64,000 nt of DNA from Alphaproteobacteria bacterium (lineage in GTDB: Bacteria; Pseudomonadota; Alphaproteobacteria; SP197): the NCBI GenBank assembly GCA_964291415.2, contig OZ219918.1:192001-256000 (forward strand), written 5' to 3'. Shown one piece after another: positions 58,866-64,000 of the stretch (its first letter is position 1; each line of letters opens with the position of its first letter). Made by a program: the position numbers and the translations under genes. The notes beneath the pieces are model-generated. The model did no database searches. It was not told where the DNA came from and saw only the letters and a list, made by a program, of their open reading frames with translations.

Positions 58866-60953
58866 ATGACATCGCATAACGAACCGCTGACGACACGCGA
58901 TTCTCGCTACGACATCCTTTTCGAACCGGTAGCGATCGGACCGGTCACGGCGAAGAACCGCTTCTACCAGGTTCCCCACGCGACGGGCACCGGGTGCGCC
59001 ATGGCCAACACGCGCGCCGGGATTCGCGCGGTCAAGGCCGAGGGTGGCTGGGCAGTCGTGTGCACGGGCTACTGTTCGATCCATCCGACGTCCGATGATC
59101 GGCACTATCCGTTCTCGAGCCTGTGGAACGACGCCGACGTCAAGGCCCAGGCCATCATGGTCGATGCGGTTCACGCCCACGGTGCGCTGGCCGGCGTCGA
59201 GCTGTGGCACGGCGGTGGCGTGGTCGCCAACAAGGTGACGCGCGAGGCACCGCTGTCTCCCTCGGGGATCGGCGAGCCGGTCTGGATCACCCACCCGGTC
59301 CAGCCGCGCACGATGGACAGGTCCGACATCGCTCACCTTCTTTCGTGGCAACGCGACGCTGCGAAGAGGGCGCGCTCGGCAGGGTTCGACATCGTCTACG
59401 TCTATGCCGGCATGGGATACCTGCCGTTCCAGTTTCTGCTGTCACGCTACAATAAGCGGACCGACAGCTATGGCGGCGCCTTCGAGAACCGCGCGCGCCT
59501 GCTGCGCGAGATGATCGAGATCACCCGGGACGCCGTCGGCGATGACTGCGCGGTCGCCGTGCGCCTCACCGCCGAAGAGAACATGGGTGTGAGGGGCTTC
59601 CGGGGCGAGGTGGAGGGCGAGGCTCTCCTGGACCTGATCGGCGACTTGCCCGACCTGTGGGACGTCAAGCTGGGCTTCACCGACGACGGCGTGACATCAC
59701 GCTTTGCCGAGGAGGCGTACCAAGAACCCTTCATCCGCTACGTCAAGACGAAAACCGGCAAGCCGGTCGTCGGTGTCGGTCGCTTCACCTCGCCCGACAC
59801 CATGGTGCGCCAGGTCCGCGAAGGCATCCTCGACCTGATCGGCGCGGCGCGGCCCTCCATCGCCGATCCGTTCCTGCCCAGGAAGATCGAGGAAGGCCGG
59901 ATCGACGAGATTCGCGAGTGCATCGGCTGCAACGTCTGCGTGGCGACCTATGCCGAGGGCGTGCCGATCCGCTGCACCCAGAACCCGACCATGGGCGAGG
60001 AATGGCGCCGTGGCTGGCATCCCGAGAAGATCCCGGCACGGGGCAGCGATGACGGTGTCCTCGTGGTGGGAGCGGGACCGGCTGGCCTGGAATGCGCCCG
60101 TGCCCTCGGCCAGCGCGGATATCGGGTGACTCTGGCCGAGGCGGGCAGGGACCTTGGCGGAAGGGTGCTGCGGGAAAGCCGCTTGCCGGGCCTTGCCGCC
60201 TGGGGCCGCGTCAGCGCCTGGCGGCTCGGTCGCCTCGAGACCATGCGCCATGTCGAGATCTATCGCGAAAGCCGCCTTGCCGCCGCCGATGTCGTGGAAT
60301 TCGGCGCCAGCAGGGTGGTGCTGGCCACCGGAGCGCGCTGGACGACTCATTTGCCGGAAAGCCCAGACGGCGGCGAACCGGAGGTCGCGGTTGAGGTCAT
60401 GACGCCCGATGACGTCATGGACGGCCGCACGCCATCGGGCGCCGTGTTCGTGCTCGATCTCGATCCCTACTACATGGGCGGCGTGATCGCCGAGAAACTG
60501 GCTCGCGACGGCCACCAGGTCAGCCTCGCCACATCCGCTCCGGTCGTCTCGCCCTGGACAGACTACACCGGTGAACAGCACAGGATCATGGTGCGCCTCT
60601 TGGAGTGCGGGATCGACGTCGTGACGGCCCATCGTCTTGTCGCGGTCGATGACCGCGGCGCGGAACTCGCCTGCGTCTACGGCGGACCATTGCGCAAACT
60701 GGCCTGCGATACCCTGATCGTTGTCGGTTCACGCGCACCGGTCGACGATCTCGAGCGGGCGCTTGCCGAACGTTCCGACGACGTTGAGGCCGCCGGCATC
60801 GCAGAAGTCCGGACCATCGGCGATCTCCATGCGCCGGGCGCGATCGTCCATGCGGTGGCTTCGGGACACCGCTTTGCCCGCGAACTCGACGTCAGGGGCC
60901 CCGTTGTGCGCGTCGAACCGGGCGTCGGCACGTACGCGACAGCGAGCAACTGA
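58866..60953 (+). CDS. Trimethylamine/histamine dehydrogenase-like Fe-S flavoprotein (OYE barrel + 4Fe-4S + Rossmann)
   Basis: RYDILFEP, KNRFYQVPH, KAEGGW, ARPSIADP, CIGCNVC...CTQNP, GAGPAGLE. Confidence 0.88.
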   Translation: MTSHNEPLTTRDSRYDILFEPVAIGPVTAKNRFYQVPHATGTGCAMANTRAGIRAVKAEGGWAVVCTGYCSIHPTSDDRHYPFSSLWNDADVKAQAIMVDAVHAHGALAGVELWHGGGVVANKVTREAPLSPSGIGEPVWITHPVQPRTMDRSDIAHLLSWQRDAAKRARSAGFDIVYVYAGMGYLPFQFLLSRYNKRTDSYGGAFENRARLLREMIEITRDAVGDDCAVAVRLTAEENMGVRGFRGEVEGEALLDLIGDLPDLWDVKLGFTDDGVTSRFAEEAYQEPFIRYVKTKTGKPVVGVGRFTSPDTMVRQVREGILDLIGAARPSIADPFLPRKIEEGRIDEIRECIGCNVCVATYAEGVPIRCTQNPTMGEEWRRGWHPEKIPARGSDDGVLVVGAGPAGLECARALGQRGYRVTLAEAGRDLGGRVLRESRLPGLAAWGRVSAWRLGRLETMRHVEIYRESRLAAADVVEFGASRVVLATGARWTTHLPESPDGGEPEVAVEVMTPDDVMDGRTPSGAVFVLDLDPYYMGGVIAEKLARDGHQVSLATSAPVVSPWTDYTGEQHRIMVRLLECGIDVVTAHRLVAVDDRGAELACVYGGPLRKLACDTLIVVGSRAPVDDLERALAERSDDVEAAGIAEVRTIGDLHAPGAIVHAVASGHRFARELDVRGPVVRVEPGVGTYATASN

Positions 60954-60964
60954 CCGGAAGCGCT

Positions 60965-61384
60965 CTACCGGGTCGCTCCTCGCTGTGCATTACGTTGTTC
61001 CGAGATCCACTCGTACTCGTAGCTCGTGATCTCGAACGGATTGCCGTAGGGATCGCTGAAGTAGATCGACCACGATGAATCGTGGTCCACAAGGTCGATC
61101 GTCACGTCGAGCACATCGCTGAGATGGTGTTGCCAACTGAGCAGCCCCTTGCCATCGACCTTGAATGCGATTGTTGCGTGATTGTGCGGCATTTCACGCT
61201 CGAACATCGCCAGATGGACGCTGCCGTCAGCATCCTGGATGGTGAGCGGCCCCCCGCCGGCGGCCCAGTTCTCAAGCGCTGCCACGCGCTCGAATCCCAG
61301 AACCTCACGGTACCATTCCTCTGCCTGCGGCCGGTCGGGCACATACACGTGGATATGGTCTATTCCTTGAAGTCCGGGAATCAT
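60965..61384 (-). CDS. VOC/glyoxalase family protein
   Basis: IDHIHVYV, WYREVLGF, SIYFSDPYGNPFE. Confidence 0.85.
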   Translation of the reverse strand: MIPGLQGIDHIHVYVPDRPQAEEWYREVLGFERVAALENWAAGGGPLTIQDADGSVHLAMFEREMPHNHATIAFKVDGKGLLSWQHHLSDVLDVTIDLVDHDSSWSIYFSDPYGNPFEITSYEYEWISEQRNAQRGATR

Positions 61385-61593
61385 GGCTACCCTCCTTCCT
61401 TATGAATCATCAACCGGGCGTCCTGCGCTTGGCATCGCTCCATTGTGTGCGCTGCCGTCCTGTTCGCGCAAGCTAGGGAGTGGTGCTCCCGGTTGATGCT
61501 GGTCGTCTTCAGCGCCCGTCCGTTCAGAACTCCACGGCACGGCACGCAGATTCAATCTGCGCAAAATCCCGACAGAACCTCAACATCTGGCTT

Positions 61594-62544
61594 TCATGGC
61601 CCCTTGACCTTGTCCCGGGCGAGGTGACGGAACAGCTCCTCTTCGCGTTCCCTGAGCAGCGCCGAGCCGTCGCGGTCGCTCCAGTCGTACACGCCCCGCC
61701 CCGATGGCAAACCGCGATGTCCCGCATCAACCAGCTCGGCAATCGCCGAAGCGGGTTGGGATCCCGTCTTCAGGTGCGGAATGAGGTAGGCTCCGAATGC
61801 GTGCAGCGTATCAAGGCCTCCGAGATCGGCCGACTCGATGGGTCCGGTGATCGCAAGACGTCGCCCGATGGATGCCTTGACCACCATGTCGATCGCCTCG
61901 GCCGATGCCACCCCCTCCGCCCACAGTGCCCAGGCTTCGCGCAGAATCGCGTACTGAAGTCGGTTGCCAATGAAGCCCGGAACCTCCTTGTCGACGATCA
62001 CAGGTTCCTTTCCGGCTGCCCGCAGGACATCGCAGAGCCACGGTGCCACGTCCGGGTCGGTCTCCGGCCCGGCGCAGACTTCGACGAGGGGAACGAGCTG
62101 CGGCGGATACCAGAAATGGGCGGCGACCACACGACCACGGTGTGTGACATTCGACACGAGTTCGCTGGCAGGCTGTCCGCTCCCGGAAGCGAGGACCGCC
62201 GACGGGGCGCAGACGTCGTCAAGCCGTCCGTACACTTCGTCCTGCACGCGCCGATCGGCTGGAACCGCCTCGAGGACGAGTTGCGCATCCGCCGCGTCCT
62301 CGAGTTTGATCGAGGTGCGGATGCGTCCGAGTGCTGCGCTCACTTCGCTGGACGTGACGAGCCCTTGCGTTTCGAAGGCGGCGAGGCTCTTCGCAATCCT
62401 GATTGTCGCTGCGGCGAGGCTCTCCTCGCGCCGGCCGATCATGACGACCCGGTGGCCCGCAGCTGCAAAAATCTGGGCCATGCCGTGGCCCATGAGGCCA
62501 TTGCCGACGACGGCAACGGTATCGAGCGTTGCGGGGACTGTCAT
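61594..62544 (-). CDS. 3-hydroxyacyl-CoA dehydrogenase family protein
   Basis: VGNGLMGHGMA, HFWYPPQLVPLVEV, GFIGNRLQ, GP..SADLGGLD, SGRGVYDW. Confidence 0.85.
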   Translation of the reverse strand: MTVPATLDTVAVVGNGLMGHGMAQIFAAAGHRVVMIGRREESLAAATIRIAKSLAAFETQGLVTSSEVSAALGRIRTSIKLEDAADAQLVLEAVPADRRVQDEVYGRLDDVCAPSAVLASGSGQPASELVSNVTHRGRVVAAHFWYPPQLVPLVEVCAGPETDPDVAPWLCDVLRAAGKEPVIVDKEVPGFIGNRLQYAILREAWALWAEGVASAEAIDMVVKASIGRRLAITGPIESADLGGLDTLHAFGAYLIPHLKTGSQPASAIAELVDAGHRGLPSGRGVYDWSDRDGSALLREREEELFRHLARDKVKGP

Positions 62545-63077
62545 CGAACGTTCTCCTTCGCATGCGCTTGCCGCCGCACCCAGGCTTCAGCATGGCGTGG
62601 CGCATCTGTGGGAGTATGTGGACGCCCACACTGGATGCAAGCGCCCACCCGGCTTGCGTCAGTCTCGCCATCAGTGCGGTTCCCCGGTCTCCAGGCGATG
62701 CCGGCGGCAATAACTGGAAGAGGCCATGAGATCAGAACGGACACTGGACGAATTGGCGCATGACGGAAGATCCCGAACCCCCTGATATTGAAAGATGAAG
62801 TTTCTTGGTTGTCGGGTCTCCGGCATGTCCATGCCGTCGAGGCGGTCTGCACCCGATGGAGACCTCGGCTTTCCGGTCTGCGTGCTGAGGACATCCGAGC
62901 ATCCATGGAGCACCATGGGTCATGCGGCAAGGAGGCGTAGCCCCGCAAACTTGCGTCGTATCACCTCGGGTGGTGGAGTCTTCGTGGGACGAGGTGCAGG
63001 CCGGCATCCAGCGGTGGACCTGCCGCTGCGGTGTCCCGAGCGTTGTTGGGTTGATCCCAATCCAAGGAGTGCCGAGC

Positions 63078-63929
63078 ATGGAACTCTCACGTCTGCCGGC
63101 GAGCGCCGGCAAGGTTGCGATCCTCGAGGCGTTGATCGAGGCCGGCGCGGTCGTGGTCGAGGACATCTTCGATCGATCCATGGTGAAGCGTTGCTGGGAT
63201 GAACTCGCCGGCAAGCGGGAAGGGCACGGGCCGGGACCGACCATCCCCGGCGAGGAGAACGAGATCTTCTGGGGCCGCAACACGATCCGCTTTGCGAGTC
63301 TTGCCCAGCACAGTGACGCCTTCATCGAGATCATGCTGAACCCGCTCGTCAAGGAGGTCGCCGATTCCTTCCTGGAAGAGGTCGGGACCGACTACTGGAT
63401 GAACACGGCACAGTTCATCGGCATTGGCCCTGGCGAATCCGCCCAGGAGCTTCACCGCGACAACGATCTGTGGCAACGCGTCTGCGAGTGGGCCTGGCCG
63501 AAGATGCCGGAATTGAGCTTCAACACGCTCTTTCCCTTTCACACCGTTACCGAGGAGATGGGCGCGACGCGAGTCATTCCCGGCAGCCATCGCTGGAACG
63601 AAAGGGAACGGCGCCCCGATCCTGCCGAAACGGTGCCGGCAGAAATGGAGGCTGGCTCCGTTCTCTTCTACTCCGGCTACATGTTTCACGGTGGTGGCCA
63701 CAACAGGACGAAGGACATGTGGCGCTATGCCGTGCAGATGAGTTTCAACGCCGGCTGGCTGACGCCGGAGGAGGCGCATCCCCTGGCCGTCACGAGGGAG
63801 CGCGCGCTCGGGCTTCCCCGCCGAGCCCAGCGTCTGCTCGGCTGGCGCAGCTATCTGCCCGGAGGCGACGGCGGCTATGACCGACTGTGGGTCAAGGACT
63901 ATGAGGATATCCTGGCTGGCGAGGTCTGA
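63078..63929 (+). CDS. Phytanoyl-CoA dioxygenase (PhyH) family 2OG-Fe(II) oxygenase
   Basis: QELHRD (HxD), GATRVIPGSH, FHGGGHNR, GWL.PEE; RBS AAGGAG before the ATG at 63078. Confidence 0.88.
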   Translation: MELSRLPASAGKVAILEALIEAGAVVVEDIFDRSMVKRCWDELAGKREGHGPGPTIPGEENEIFWGRNTIRFASLAQHSDAFIEIMLNPLVKEVADSFLEEVGTDYWMNTAQFIGIGPGESAQELHRDNDLWQRVCEWAWPKMPELSFNTLFPFHTVTEEMGATRVIPGSHRWNERERRPDPAETVPAEMEAGSVLFYSGYMFHGGGHNRTKDMWRYAVQMSFNAGWLTPEEAHPLAVTRERALGLPRRAQRLLGWRSYLPGGDGGYDRLWVKDYEDILAGEV

Positions 63930-64000
63930 TGGAACCCTTGACTCCGCGTGTGCCGGTGGTTCATGCCGGCCATGACATTCTTGCCGCTGGTCTCGAGGAG

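Noticed and set aside
62545-63077. Long divergent intergenic region
   Set aside because: No recognisable RNA motif, repeat or credible ORF was found by eye.

Overview
GC-rich bacterial window; gene content suggests an alphaproteobacterium (inference). No rRNA, tRNA, CRISPR array, integrase or transposase was recognised. Main blocks: (1) a 5'-truncated OLD-family ATPase/nuclease coupled to DUF1045; (2) an atypical N-methylglutamate-synthase-like locus (glxB, fused glxC-glxD, and a GltD-like oxidoreductase fused to a degenerate second GlxD barrel) beside a divergent Amt transporter; (3) TPP riboswitch-thiBPQ, cystathionine beta-synthase and a Fic-HTH gene with upstream direct repeats; (4) a ~17.6 kb glycosyltransferase/phosphatase/deacetylase/peptide-ABC cluster with a motif-degenerate ABC exporter and a stand-alone cNMP-binding protein; (5) an amine-metabolism region (C45 hydrolase, 2OG oxygenases, PLP decarboxylase, sarcosine-oxidase-like soxBDAG, GntR, ABC importer, TMADH-like flavoprotein lacking canonical active-site residues), three of whose intergenic regions carry the palindrome TGTGATCACA. 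Best novelty candidate: a ~3.7 kb insert bounded by a 28-bp direct repeat that duplicates this palindrome. It carries a translationally coupled minimal GIY-YIG-like + SIR2 gene pair (candidate anti-phage system) and an EEP nuclease whose 5' end is duplicated. Family calls come from motif recognition by eye, not database searches.
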